In this document: positions 1 through 9,190 of the stretch, in pieces
Position numbering within the stretch: position 1 is the stretch's first letter
Layout: each line of letters begins with the position of its first letter
Source of the DNA: an uncultured virus (IMG/VR IMGVR_UViG_3300031841_005656)
Lineage: Duplodnaviria; Heunggongvirae; Uroviricota; Caudoviricetes
DNA length: 20,000 bases
IMG/VR virus record: IMGVR_UViG_3300031841_005656
Direction: 5' to 3' (one strand)
Notes under the pieces: model-generated
Database searches by the model: none
What the model saw: only the letters and a program-made list of their open reading frames with translations
What the model was told of the DNA's origin: nothing
Made by a program: the position numbers and the translations under genes

Positions 1-2
1 CA

Positions 3-3000
3 GCTGGATTAGCTGTAACAAACACACGGGATGAGCCTAGAGGATTAAAAGATGTAGTTGGAGCTTCCAAAGGATATGTCCCAAATTACGCTTTAAATTT
101 GCCGGGAGGACTAACAGCTAAAAAAGGAAAAGGCCATGCTGCTTTAATAGAATCGCTACAAAAACAACTTGCCACAGAATTAAATGATGCTATAAATGAT
201 TATCGTAAAGGTAACATGAGTCGTGAACAGTTGAATGCAAAAACTAAACAATTAACGCAAAGTATGCAGCTGACTAATGCGGCAGAAAAAAAAGTAACTG
301 CAGCTGTCAACCGTAGAGCTGCTGCAGCAGATAGATTAGCAGCTAGTAGGGGTGGTGCAGTAGGTATAGGAGGTCGTATGAGCGCTTTGAACGCACGCAT
401 GAGCCGTGGCCCTATGGGCGGTATGGGAGTAGGAATGGGTTTAACAATGGGGGCTCCTATGTTGGCTGGAGCCATTGAGCAAGGATTCGGAGAAGGCAAT
501 GCAACAGGCCAAGTTTTATCTGGAGCTTTGACAGGTGCGGGTACAGGCGCGGCCATGGGCATGATGTTTGGTCCATTGGGAGCCGCTATTGGTGGAGTGG
601 GAGGAGCTTTGATTGGTCTAGGGGTGTCTGCAATGGATGCTGGAAAAAGTCTTGAGCAATTAGAAAGAGAATCCAAAGAATACCAACAAGAAACTGATAA
701 CAACACTAACGCGGCGCGTGAATATATTCAGGCGTCACGAGATTTAGCTGCGGCTATTTCACCAGAAGAATTTGAAGACGCGCAAAAACGTTTAGCTAAA
801 AACTTTGATGAGATTAAAGATGTAAATCTTCAAACTGCTTTCAGTGAAGCGGGCACCAGTGTTGACGAAATGGTTAAAAAATTAGAAGCATATGAGTTAA
901 GGAGAGAATCTGGAGCGATTGGAGGAAGAGTAGCTACTAATATTAAACGTTTGCAAGAAGAAGGCGGGGGGATAGGGACGGAAAAGGACGCAAATCGTAT
1001 TTTAACAAGATCGATTGGGCCAGACGGAATACGCTTTGATTTAGACAAAACAGCTTTAAGTAATCTTAAAAAACAATATGGTGATTTTTTCAAGCTTATG
1101 GGCAATTTAAATGAAGCCCAAATGAAAGAATTAAGTGACCTGCTTGCTGAAGAAGGCGGGAGTGGTATAATGGCACTGTTTGGAGAAGGTAGAGGAGATT
1201 TCGCTTTTGATGCGAGCGCAATAGCAGATAAATTAGTAGGTTTTCGAGCTGGGTTTGACGAAAAAGATGCGGAGAATTTAGGCAATTTCTTTCAACGTTT
1301 GCAGGAGGTTACAGATGGAAGATTTTTTGCAGATGAAATTCAGGTTAATAATCAATTTACAAAACAAAGTTTCGTGGGTTTTGCGGAGGTAGTAAAATTA
1401 GTAAATGATTTTCAGCAAACCACAAAATCACTGGGGGACTCCAGCAGCGCTCTTGGTAAGGAAATAGATTTTGCTCAAGAAAGCTTTATAAATGCAAAAT
1501 CTAATATCACCCGCCTTACCGAAAGTTTAGGCTCGATGGTTAAATCACTTGATAACATAGCAAAAGTTAGAAAAGCATTCACCACAGAAAGGATAGATTT
1601 ATTAAGCGGGGCTGGTAGGGGGTTATCAATCGGAAGTTTGGCGCAGGGCCAAGCTAGTGCTGGTTTTGCAGATCAGCGCGCTAAATTAATAGCCACAACC
1701 GCGCAAGCAAATTCTACCAGAATAATGGATGCAATTAAAGCAGGCCAATCGGCTGCTGGAGATATAAGCATAAGAAAGTTAGAGGCAGCTGCCAATCTTT
1801 TTTCTCAAGACATTAACGCCGGATTAGACGCTTTCGCTGAATTTACTTCGGCTAATAGTAAAGAACAAGAAAAGCTCACCAAACTAATAAATGAATTACG
1901 CATTACTTATAATGACCAATTAACAAATATTAATTTAGACGAAAAAATAACACAGGCCAAATTAGAAGTAGAACAAAAACGAAGAGAAAATACTGAAAGA
2001 CAGGCTATTTTAACTGATGCAATGAGCGCTATGGAAAATCGTCGCGCAATGAATTTAGTAGATGAGAATGCGACACGCCAACGTAGAATAAATATATTGC
2101 AAGGCAGCCTTGAAGATCCTCGTAATTTTCGCGGCACAGGACTTAATACGGAAAGTAGACGCATAAAAGCAAGAGCAGCAATTCAGCGGCAAATATCAGA
2201 TTTAGAATTTGAAGGAAGAAGGGCGGAGGCTACTCAAAGTAGCGTACAAAAAGCAAATGCCTTATTGGTACAGAAGCAACAAATCGCATTAGATAATGAG
2301 CTTCTCAAATCACAAAATTCTTTAAATGATACTATGCAAGAATTGATATTTGAGTTTCAAAAACAAAGTGACTTAGTGGCTATGGGATCTCGTCCCAATT
2401 TCACAGAAGCTGATGCTACAAGGCTTGGATATGCAAACCTTAAAGATGCCCGGATGGCTGGTGCAGATATGTTCGCTACTCCAGCTCAAGCAGCATTTGA
2501 TGCAAAAAGAAAAGGTATTTTAAACCGTAAGATGGGGGGAGGCGCCTCCGCGATACCTGAAAGTGGAAGTTTACCTCCGGTAAGAGTAGATAATCCTTTA
2601 GGCGAAAGAAAATTTGATTATGAAACTGAAGAAAAGGCAGCAAAAAATTTAGCCGCAACATTAGAAGATGTTAAAACTCAAGAAGAAGTAATAACAAAGT
2701 TGAATGAGCGTCGAGCACAATTAGAAGACGATCAGGTAGGAAAAGCAGAAAAAAGAAGAATAGACGCTTTACTAAGAGAAATCAATTTAGGTAAAAAGAA
2801 ACTAGATACTGAACAAGCTATATCTGACGAACTACGCGAACAAACTAATAATAGAAAAATAAGTTTGGATCAGGATGCGCGTTCTTTTAGAACCCAATTT
2901 ACAGAAGGTATGCTAGATATATACGAAGAAACAGAATATATATATGGTAGATTGGGAAGAGATTTGCCAACTGCATTCAGAGACGGAATGGTTAATGCAC

Positions 3001-4349
3001 TTGAAGTGTCATTAGACAAGGCTGAAACTTTTGGAGATGCTATGAGAGGCGTTGCTATTGATATGTTGAAAATGATTCGTCGCGCTTCACTTGAGTATTC
3101 GATGAGTAACTTTACTAATTTGCTTGGAATGGCAGATTCGGGCTTTCGTAATTCTCAAAACGGAGGAATTATAAAAGCAAGAAACGGAATGTATATTTCT
3201 GGCAACAGAACTGGAGATAGAAATCCTGCCTTACTTGAAGATGGAGAATATGTTTTAAATCGAAAGGCTGTTCGAGGAATGGGAGGCAAAGCGGTTTTAG
3301 ATAGCTTAAATTTTGGTTCATTTCCTCGCTTTGCAAACGGTGGAATGATGACGCTAAACGAAAGCGTAAAAAGCGATCGTATGAGTGGTTACTTTTTAGC
3401 TTCTGATAATCCGGAATTGGCCGAAGCTAGAGAAAAAGCTATGGAAGAGTACCAAAAGAAGCAGCAAAAGAAAGCGGAAAGAAAAGCCCTGAAAACACAG
3501 TTTTTGAGCACCTTAATGAGCGTGGGAATTTCCAAGGGAATTAGCGCTATCAGCGGAAGAATCCAAGAAGGACAAAACGCTAAACAGATGGAACAAATGA
3601 CAGCTGGAACCACAAATGATGCCGGTGAAAGTTTAGCGCTAACGCGAACAGGTTCATTTTTGAAAGGTTATAATATAGAAGGTAGTGACGCAGCACTTGC
3701 TCAATTTAAAGGCCAAAAGTTCTTAACTGGTGTTCAGGCAACTAACTTGGGGTTAGACCCTTCAATGAAACACAGGGTACCTAAGTCATTTAAGAGGGCG
3801 TTGAATGCCCGCATTGACGCTAGGCTCGAGAATGCGTTCGATGAGATGAGTTATCTGGGCACCGGTCCAGACGCAAGAAGAAACTTTTTCAATATACATG
3901 GTCAAGCTCATGCTAAAGGTAAAGGTGGGGGTAAAATTTCTGGCGGCTTCATAAATAGAGACAGCGTTCCAGCTTACATGGCAGGTGGCGAATTTGTAAT
4001 GAATAATCGCGCTGTACGCAAGTACGGTCTTGGCTTCATGGGTCGATTAAACGGAGGATTGATTCCGACTATGCAAGCAGGAGGTATGGTCGGTCCACAA
4101 GCTGCACCATTGAACAATCAAACTGGCGCTAATACAAACAACATTTCAATAAATGTAAACGTTGGTGGCGCAGGTTCAAACCAAGGCTCCGACAACACTG
4201 GCAACAAAAACGCTAACGAAGAAAGCAACAGAGATCGAGCTACAGAAGGAAAAGAGTTGAGCGAAAGAATTCGCTCAGCCGTTCTTCAAGTTATACAAGA
4301 TGAACAAAGGCTAGGAGGCTCTCTTAGCAAAACATCAAGACAAGGATAA
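3..4349 (+). CDS. Tail tape measure protein, 5'-truncated by the window edge (>1448 aa)
   Basis: The frame is open from nt 3 (AGLAVTNTRDEPRGLKDVVGASKGYVPNYA...), so TTG99 is not the true start. It has long Ala/Glu/Lys/Gln-rich helical regions and a Gly-rich hydrophobic segment at ~409-640. Two C-terminal TMP-type motifs are present (GDRNPALLEDGEYVLNRKAV; RDSVPAYMAGGEFVMNNRAV), and the end reads ISINVNV...IRSAVLQVIQDEQRLGGSL, typical of lambda-H-like termini. It lies directly upstream of tail-tip genes. Confidence 0.93.
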   Translation, partial: AGLAVTNTRDEPRGLKDVVGASKGYVPNYALNLPGGLTAKKGKGHAALIESLQKQLATELNDAINDYRKGNMSREQLNAKTKQLTQSMQLTNAAEKKVTAAVNRRAAAADRLAASRGGAVGIGGRMSALNARMSRGPMGGMGVGMGLTMGAPMLAGAIEQGFGEGNATGQVLSGALTGAGTGAAMGMMFGPLGAAIGGVGGALIGLGVSAMDAGKSLEQLERESKEYQQETDNNTNAAREYIQASRDLAAAISPEEFEDAQKRLAKNFDEIKDVNLQTAFSEAGTSVDEMVKKLEAYELRRESGAIGGRVATNIKRLQEEGGGIGTEKDANRILTRSIGPDGIRFDLDKTALSNLKKQYGDFFKLMGNLNEAQMKELSDLLAEEGGSGIMALFGEGRGDFAFDASAIADKLVGFRAGFDEKDAENLGNFFQRLQEVTDGRFFADEIQVNNQFTKQSFVGFAEVVKLVNDFQQTTKSLGDSSSALGKEIDFAQESFINAKSNITRLTESLGSMVKSLDNIAKVRKAFTTERIDLLSGAGRGLSIGSLAQGQASAGFADQRAKLIATTAQANSTRIMDAIKAGQSAAGDISIRKLEAAANLFSQDINAGLDAFAEFTSANSKEQEKLTKLINELRITYNDQLTNINLDEKITQAKLEVEQKRRENTERQAILTDAMSAMENRRAMNLVDENATRQRRINILQGSLEDPRNFRGTGLNTESRRIKARAAIQRQISDLEFEGRRAEATQSSVQKANALLVQKQQIALDNELLKSQNSLNDTMQELIFEFQKQSDLVAMGSRPNFTEADATRLGYANLKDARMAGADMFATPAQAAFDAKRKGILNRKMGGGASAIPESGSLPPVRVDNPLGERKFDYETEEKAAKNLAATLEDVKTQEEVITKLNERRAQLEDDQVGKAEKRRIDALLREINLGKKKLDTEQAISDELREQTNNRKISLDQDARSFRTQFTEGMLDIYEETEYIYGRLGRDLPTAFRDGMVNALEVSLDKAETFGDAMRGVAIDMLKMIRRASLEYSMSNFTNLLGMADSGFRNSQNGGIIKARNGMYISGNRTGDRNPALLEDGEYVLNRKAVRGMGGKAVLDSLNFGSFPRFANGGMMTLNESVKSDRMSGYFLASDNPELAEAREKAMEEYQKKQQKKAERKALKTQFLSTLMSVGISKGISAISGRIQEGQNAKQMEQMTAGTTNDAGESLALTRTGSFLKGYNIEGSDAALAQFKGQKFLTGVQATNLGLDPSMKHRVPKSFKRALNARIDARLENAFDEMSYLGTGPDARRNFFNIHGQAHAKGKGGGKISGGFINRDSVPAYMAGGEFVMNNRAVRKYGLGFMGRLNGGLIPTMQAGGMVGPQAAPLNNQTGANTNNISINVNVGGAGSNQGSDNTGNKNANEESNRDRATEGKELSERIRSAVLQVIQDEQRLGGSLSKTSRQG

Positions 4350-5287
4350 TGCCCAACAACGCCTCACCAAGTTACGAACAAATTTTTTACCTCGGTGGAA
4401 CCGGTGTATCTGGTATACGTAATTTAAGTGCGGGGTATAGCGTTGCTCAAAAAACAATTAGGGCTTTAGGTGCAGGCTTCGTGCAAGAAGTGATAGCCGA
4501 GCCTCTTCGTGGCGAAATGTCAATGACCCGCGACATGCTGTATCAAGATCCAGTTTTAGGCTTGACTGGAGAAGCTCCAGTTTCTGGCACTTTATTATAT
4601 GGAGTTGAATTAGACGGAGCAGAAAAAGTATATGGATTTAACACCGGTTATCTAACCAGTTATAGTATAAATTGCGATGTGCAAGACGTCCCGACAATCG
4701 AGTCAAGTTTTGCTGTTTTTGGCCAGTTGGGGAGCGGCGTCAGAGAAGGTGAATTAGACTACTCGGGCGTTGCTCCCCTTCAAAATTTAGGTGTCGTTAA
4801 TCATGAATCAGTATTTTTAACTTTTGATGGTTCGGGCACTAATAGAGCAGTTTCGGCCTCTCAAAGTTATAACATCAACCGCATTCCTATTTATACGTTA
4901 GATCAAAAGACTAGCGAAATATATTATGCGCCGTCTGAAGTATTAACTGAATATCCGATAGAAATTACAACCAACTTAACTATTGAGATGGATGATTATG
5001 AAACAGCCAACATGATCGACAATATTAGAAGTGGTAATTATCAAACTTTGGGCGTTGAAATTAGACTTGGCAAAAAATCAGAAACCTTAGATGGCCATGC
5101 AGTAGTTGGAGACAAGCTTTGTTTGCAGGATAATAATGGAGATTGTTTGGGAGACGACGGCGACGGCATAACAAGATATGAATTTTTAAGCACGACTGGA
5201 CATTTGGTGTCAGAGAGTATTGAATCAAGTGTTGATGGTGTTTTAAGTGTAAATTTAGAATTTAAAGACTATTACAATAAAGACTAA
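4349..5287 (+). CDS. Virion structural protein, probable tail-tube/hub-like fold with two internal repeats (312 aa); paralog of 7155..7976
   Basis: ATG overlaps the TMP stop (TAATG). The sequence is beta-rich, and its two halves show similar patterns (LSAGYSVAQKTIRALG / ASQSYNINRIPIYTLD; GYLTSYSINCDV / GHLVSESIESSV). The fold is inferred from pattern and position. Confidence 0.6.
   Translation: MPNNASPSYEQIFYLGGTGVSGIRNLSAGYSVAQKTIRALGAGFVQEVIAEPLRGEMSMTRDMLYQDPVLGLTGEAPVSGTLLYGVELDGAEKVYGFNTGYLTSYSINCDVQDVPTIESSFAVFGQLGSGVREGELDYSGVAPLQNLGVVNHESVFLTFDGSGTNRAVSASQSYNINRIPIYTLDQKTSEIYYAPSEVLTEYPIEITTNLTIEMDDYETANMIDNIRSGNYQTLGVEIRLGKKSETLDGHAVVGDKLCLQDNNGDCLGDDGDGITRYEFLSTTGHLVSESIESSVDGVLSVNLEFKDYYNKD
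5244..5251 (+). promoter_or_regulatory. TAAGTGTA motif, candidate phage late promoter element
   Basis: ttttaagtgtaaattt, 38 nt upstream of ATG5290. Confidence 0.35.
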
Positions 5288-5289
5288 CA

Positions 5290-7155
5290 ATGGGCAAAAT
5301 ATTAGAATATAACGATTTAGGTGGACCTCCAAACGTAAATGATTTGTTATTTATTGGGGATTATAATGAATCATCTACAAATCCGACTACAAAACATGTC
5401 TCCATCACCAACCTTAACAAAAAATATCAAATATGGGCAGCAGATGGCGGTGGGCTAAAAATTACTGATGATGGTGGCAATTATGGTCTTTTTATCAAAG
5501 ATGGCGGGAATGTTGGAGTCGGAACAAACACGCCGGATTATAAGTTAGATTTAGAAACTACAGCTGTGGCAACAGCTAATTTAAGAATTTATTCTAATGC
5601 TACAAATGGATATCCTCATTTAGTCATGAAAAATGATGCGCAAACATGGTCCATTTATGCGCCTCATGGAAATTTTACAGGAGCAGGAGTAGCTGATTTA
5701 TTTTCAATTTATAATGGCAGTTCACATGTCTTAATTATTCAAACCAACGGTAATGTAGGAATTGGAGTAAATCCGTCAAGCGCAACTGTTGGCTATCAAT
5801 TAGAAGTAGTAGGTGATTTAGCTGCGACTGGAACTAATAACGTAATTCTTGATCCGAGTACAGGAGAAGTTAAATCACAAAGCGGATTATTTTTAGAGAA
5901 ATCTGCTAGTCAAGACGTTCACATAGTTGGAGATACAAGCGCTGCGGCTATATTTGCAAAAAGTTCGAATAAAAGAGTTGGAATAAATGAGCTATCTCCA
6001 GATGCAAGATTACACGTTTATGAAAGCTCTGGGGCAGATAATGTAGCATTAAAATTAGAAAACAGAGTTGCTAGCGGATCCCCCAATTCAATTTTACGAT
6101 TTACAAGAACAGTCGGTTCTACATCCTTAGAGCAACAAATGGTTTGGGACGGAACTAATTTAGGAATACGAAATGTTTCTGCAGTTACTCTTGGTTCTGA
6201 TTCTGTTAATTTTAGAGCAGGCAGCTTGGATGTGGGTGCAACTGGATTTACTCGCAAGTTTAATGTTACTGACAGTAATAATATTGTGGGTGAGTTTAAT
6301 TCCTCTGACAACAATGGAACTAAAATATTAATAAGAAATACTTCGAATGCTGCGGCTGCGGATCAGCATAGTTTAATTGCATTTCCCAATAAAATTGGAT
6401 CTAATGAAATAGCAAATTGGATGACTGGGGCATACAAAGACAATGCCAATCCAGACAACAATTATTTTATGATTCATTATAGTAGTCAGGCAGCGCCAAC
6501 TGATGGTCAATATGTTTTCGACACGAATACTACAAACAACGCAATGCGTTTGGATACTAGCGGCAACGTTAGATTTAAAGGCACAATGGAAGCGTCTGCA
6601 TATTATGATCAAGGAGGGAATACTGCTGGAAATTATTGTAGAGGAAGATTTTTACAAACTTTTTCAGTGCCTTATTACGCCTCTGCATTGCAGCCTTTCA
6701 GTCCTCTTTTGGCGCCCCCATTCGACCGAACCGATGATACAGAAGGAAATACTATAACTGCCAAATGGGCATCAATTGCGCCACATGATGGAAGAATTTT
6801 GTCTATTCGGGCTGCCGCTAAAAATAACCAGTCAAGCCAAACTAACATGACCTTGTATGTATACACCGGCAGTAGCTTGCCCGCCGGTACAAAATTAACA
6901 ACAACTGATTCAGCTTACGTGCAAGGCTTTGATGATGAGGGCACAACGGCTAATAGCCAATTACATCTGGCTGCTGACGCGAACCAAAAAGTGACATTAG
7001 GTTATAGTAATTTTGCAGGCAGTAATGCTGGCGGCCAATCTAACTTAGATTTTAGCCAAGGAGATTATTTGATGTTTTCTTTTGATTGTGATAGCGGGAA
7101 TGCAAATTTAAATGTTCAATTTACTGTTGAATTTTATATAGATGATACTCTTTAA
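5290..7155 (+). CDS. Tail fibre-like protein (621 aa) with GNVGIG-type repeats and a C-terminal beta-sandwich
   Basis: The N-terminus has a fibre-anchor-like motif (KILEYNDL...DLLFIGD...TTKHVSITNL). Repeats read GNVGVGTNTPDYKLDL, GNVGIGVNPS...QLEV, KRVGINELSPDARLHV, GSLDVGATG..KFNV and MRLDTSGNV. The C-terminal domain reads IAPHDGRILSI...LDFSQGDYLMF. Confidence 0.75.
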   Translation: MGKILEYNDLGGPPNVNDLLFIGDYNESSTNPTTKHVSITNLNKKYQIWAADGGGLKITDDGGNYGLFIKDGGNVGVGTNTPDYKLDLETTAVATANLRIYSNATNGYPHLVMKNDAQTWSIYAPHGNFTGAGVADLFSIYNGSSHVLIIQTNGNVGIGVNPSSATVGYQLEVVGDLAATGTNNVILDPSTGEVKSQSGLFLEKSASQDVHIVGDTSAAAIFAKSSNKRVGINELSPDARLHVYESSGADNVALKLENRVASGSPNSILRFTRTVGSTSLEQQMVWDGTNLGIRNVSAVTLGSDSVNFRAGSLDVGATGFTRKFNVTDSNNIVGEFNSSDNNGTKILIRNTSNAAAADQHSLIAFPNKIGSNEIANWMTGAYKDNANPDNNYFMIHYSSQAAPTDGQYVFDTNTTNNAMRLDTSGNVRFKGTMEASAYYDQGGNTAGNYCRGRFLQTFSVPYYASALQPFSPLLAPPFDRTDDTEGNTITAKWASIAPHDGRILSIRAAAKNNQSSQTNMTLYVYTGSSLPAGTKLTTTDSAYVQGFDDEGTTANSQLHLAADANQKVTLGYSNFAGSNAGGQSNLDFSQGDYLMFSFDCDSGNANLNVQFTVEFYIDDTL

Positions 7156-7976
7156 TGGCCACTAAATTTATAAAATACGAAAAAGCTTTACTTAAAATCG
7201 CAGACCAAAGCATTATGGCCGAATCTGCGGAGTTAGGAGTAGAAGCTTCTTTGCAGCCAATCACAAACGTTACTGGTTCACTTGTTCGTTATGCTCCAAG
7301 TTCTCCGGTTAAAGGCACGCTCTCTTTTTCTCACTATTGCACAGGAGCTTTTCATGACTTTTTAAATCCTCTTACCGCTATCGAACATACTGGTGAGCCG
7401 GTAGAGGGTAGTTTAGCTGGCGTCACTTTTTCCAGCGGTTACATAAAAAGTTTAAGTTTTTCAGTCTCACCTTTTAGTCCCATATTGTTTAAATCTCAGA
7501 TGGATATATACGGAGAGCTGCAAGCTCCAAGTCCATCACTAACAGAAGTGTTAGATAACGAAGGCCAAACTGACAACCTATTGAGAAATGAAAGAAACGT
7601 GTCACATGGACTAAAAACGTATATGGCAGGAACAGATATAGGAGTTAATAAAAAAGTATCGTTCGATTATTCAGTGTCTTGTTCCAGAAACCCTGTTGTT
7701 ACTGTAGGAAATGAGTTGCCCTCCAGAGTAACAAAAGAAGATGTTAGAATTAGCTTATCTATTGCAGGTGAAGATATTGGTGAGGCGATAGGGATAACAG
7801 GAAATTATGCAGCATTAAACATAAATGTTTTCGATGCTTACGGAAATACTGCTTTGGCCAATTTTGGTTGCACAGGTCAAATTTTTAATCAAAATTTATC
7901 TGTTTCCGAGGGAGGTTATATAGATGGTACAGTATCAGCATCTCAAGAATACTTAACGGGAAGGGTCTTTTACTAA
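7155..7976 (+). CDS. Virion structural protein, probable tail-tube/hub-like fold (273 aa); paralog of 4349..5287
   Basis: TAATG-coupled at both ends. It aligns by eye with 4349..5287: FSSGYIKSLSFSV...KSQMDIYGEL vs FNTGYLTSYSINC...ESSFAVFGQL; SRNPVVTV...PSRV vs NRIPIYTL...PSEV; TGQIFNQNLSVSEGG vs TGHLVSESIESSVDG. Confidence 0.6.
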   Translation: MATKFIKYEKALLKIADQSIMAESAELGVEASLQPITNVTGSLVRYAPSSPVKGTLSFSHYCTGAFHDFLNPLTAIEHTGEPVEGSLAGVTFSSGYIKSLSFSVSPFSPILFKSQMDIYGELQAPSPSLTEVLDNEGQTDNLLRNERNVSHGLKTYMAGTDIGVNKKVSFDYSVSCSRNPVVTVGNELPSRVTKEDVRISLSIAGEDIGEAIGITGNYAALNINVFDAYGNTALANFGCTGQIFNQNLSVSEGGYIDGTVSASQEYLTGRVFY

Positions 7977-9190
7977 TGGCAAACCAATCTTACGTTTTAG
8001 GCTCTGGTGTCACCAATATACATGGGGTTGATTCTTTTGAAATTGGCAACAGCTATTCAAAATATGATATTGTATTTTTTAGCGGTTATACCAATGGCGG
8101 CACGGAATATTTTCCAGCAGTTACTGGCCATTATTATTATAGCGGAGATACAGCAGCCACTTCTACCACGGCAAATTCTCCCGTAGGGGCAGATAGCGTC
8201 TGGACTCAAAAGTTATTTTTCGAGCCTTCTTATGGAGCATCCGTGTCGTATGAAAACCAAACTTATAACGCCACTTATGGAGATGGATATTATAATTTTG
8301 CGAACAAAAGCGAAAACTCTTTAAAAGTAAAATTCAATTTGCCATACAATAAAAGAAGCGATAAAGAAACCAGAGCTTTGATTCATTTATTTGAAGATTC
8401 GTTTAATAAAGGGCAAAAAGGCACTCCACCAAGCGGAGCTTATACTGGCATATATTATACTCCATTTGCTCCTTATGATAACGAGCATGAATTTTACATA
8501 GAAGATTTTTCTCGTGGTTTTGATTACCCTAATGTCAATTCAGCTTCGACCACTTTACATAGAGAAGATCAATCTACATTAAATTGGCAAGAATATTATA
8601 TACCATTTAATCAAACTAGAAAATTTTGGTCCGCAGGGCAAACATACAACACACATGATATAGCTTATTTAAGCGGCGATGGAGCTTACACGCCTTCAGT
8701 TTCAGGATGGTACTATTATACCGGTGCAGATTCGACAACTGCAACTGATTCAAATGGCCCAAATGGAGGCGATACATCTTTATGGACAAAAGATAATTTT
8801 TATTTTGACGTAAACAAGGGAGTATCTATTGAAGAAAAGCCTAGGTTTTTGAAACAGCCTATGCAAAGTGATTACTTTATAAGAACGCCTGACGGGTTAA
8901 ATAAAGCTTTATTAAATATTGAGTTTGCTTTTGAAGGACGTTCTGACGCAGAAGCAAAAGCTATGGTTCATTTTTTAGAACATAAATATGGAAAAAATCA
9001 ATTTTCATTTAAGATGCCTGCACCATATGATAAAGCAGATAAAGTTTTTGTATGTCCAAAATGGGAACATACCATGAATTACAAAGATAACAATACGGTA
9101 AGTGTAAACTTTGTAGAGTTTCCAATTAATATATTAAATGAAAAAGTGGAGTTTACTTCTTTGATAACAATTGATCCATACATAAGATAA
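7976..9190 (+). CDS. M: Distal tail protein, lambda gpM-like, tandem duplicated, each copy preceded by a small CBM5/12-like module (404 aa)
   Basis: Two gpM-like units: FEPSYGASV...YGDGYY...NSLK...RSDKETRALIHLFED...YYTPFAPY and FDVNKGVSI...DYFIRTPDGLNK...RSDAEAKAMVHFLEHKYG...FKMPAPY...FVCPKWE...FVE (cf. gpM FGDGYSQRAPAGLN...FLEEHGG...CAKW...FEQ). Confidence 0.8.
   Translation: MANQSYVLGSGVTNIHGVDSFEIGNSYSKYDIVFFSGYTNGGTEYFPAVTGHYYYSGDTAATSTTANSPVGADSVWTQKLFFEPSYGASVSYENQTYNATYGDGYYNFANKSENSLKVKFNLPYNKRSDKETRALIHLFEDSFNKGQKGTPPSGAYTGIYYTPFAPYDNEHEFYIEDFSRGFDYPNVNSASTTLHREDQSTLNWQEYYIPFNQTRKFWSAGQTYNTHDIAYLSGDGAYTPSVSGWYYYTGADSTTATDSNGPNGGDTSLWTKDNFYFDVNKGVSIEEKPRFLKQPMQSDYFIRTPDGLNKALLNIEFAFEGRSDAEAKAMVHFLEHKYGKNQFSFKMPAPYDKADKVFVCPKWEHTMNYKDNNTVSVNFVEFPINILNEKVEFTSLITIDPYIR
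9099..9106 (+). promoter_or_regulatory. TAAGTGTA motif, candidate phage late promoter element
   Basis: ggtaagtgtaaacttt, 83 nt upstream of ATG9190. Confidence 0.3.

Noticed and set aside
99..101. TTG start for the tape measure gene given by the ORF track
   Set aside because: The frame is open back to nt 3 with TMP-like sequence, so the gene starts before the window.
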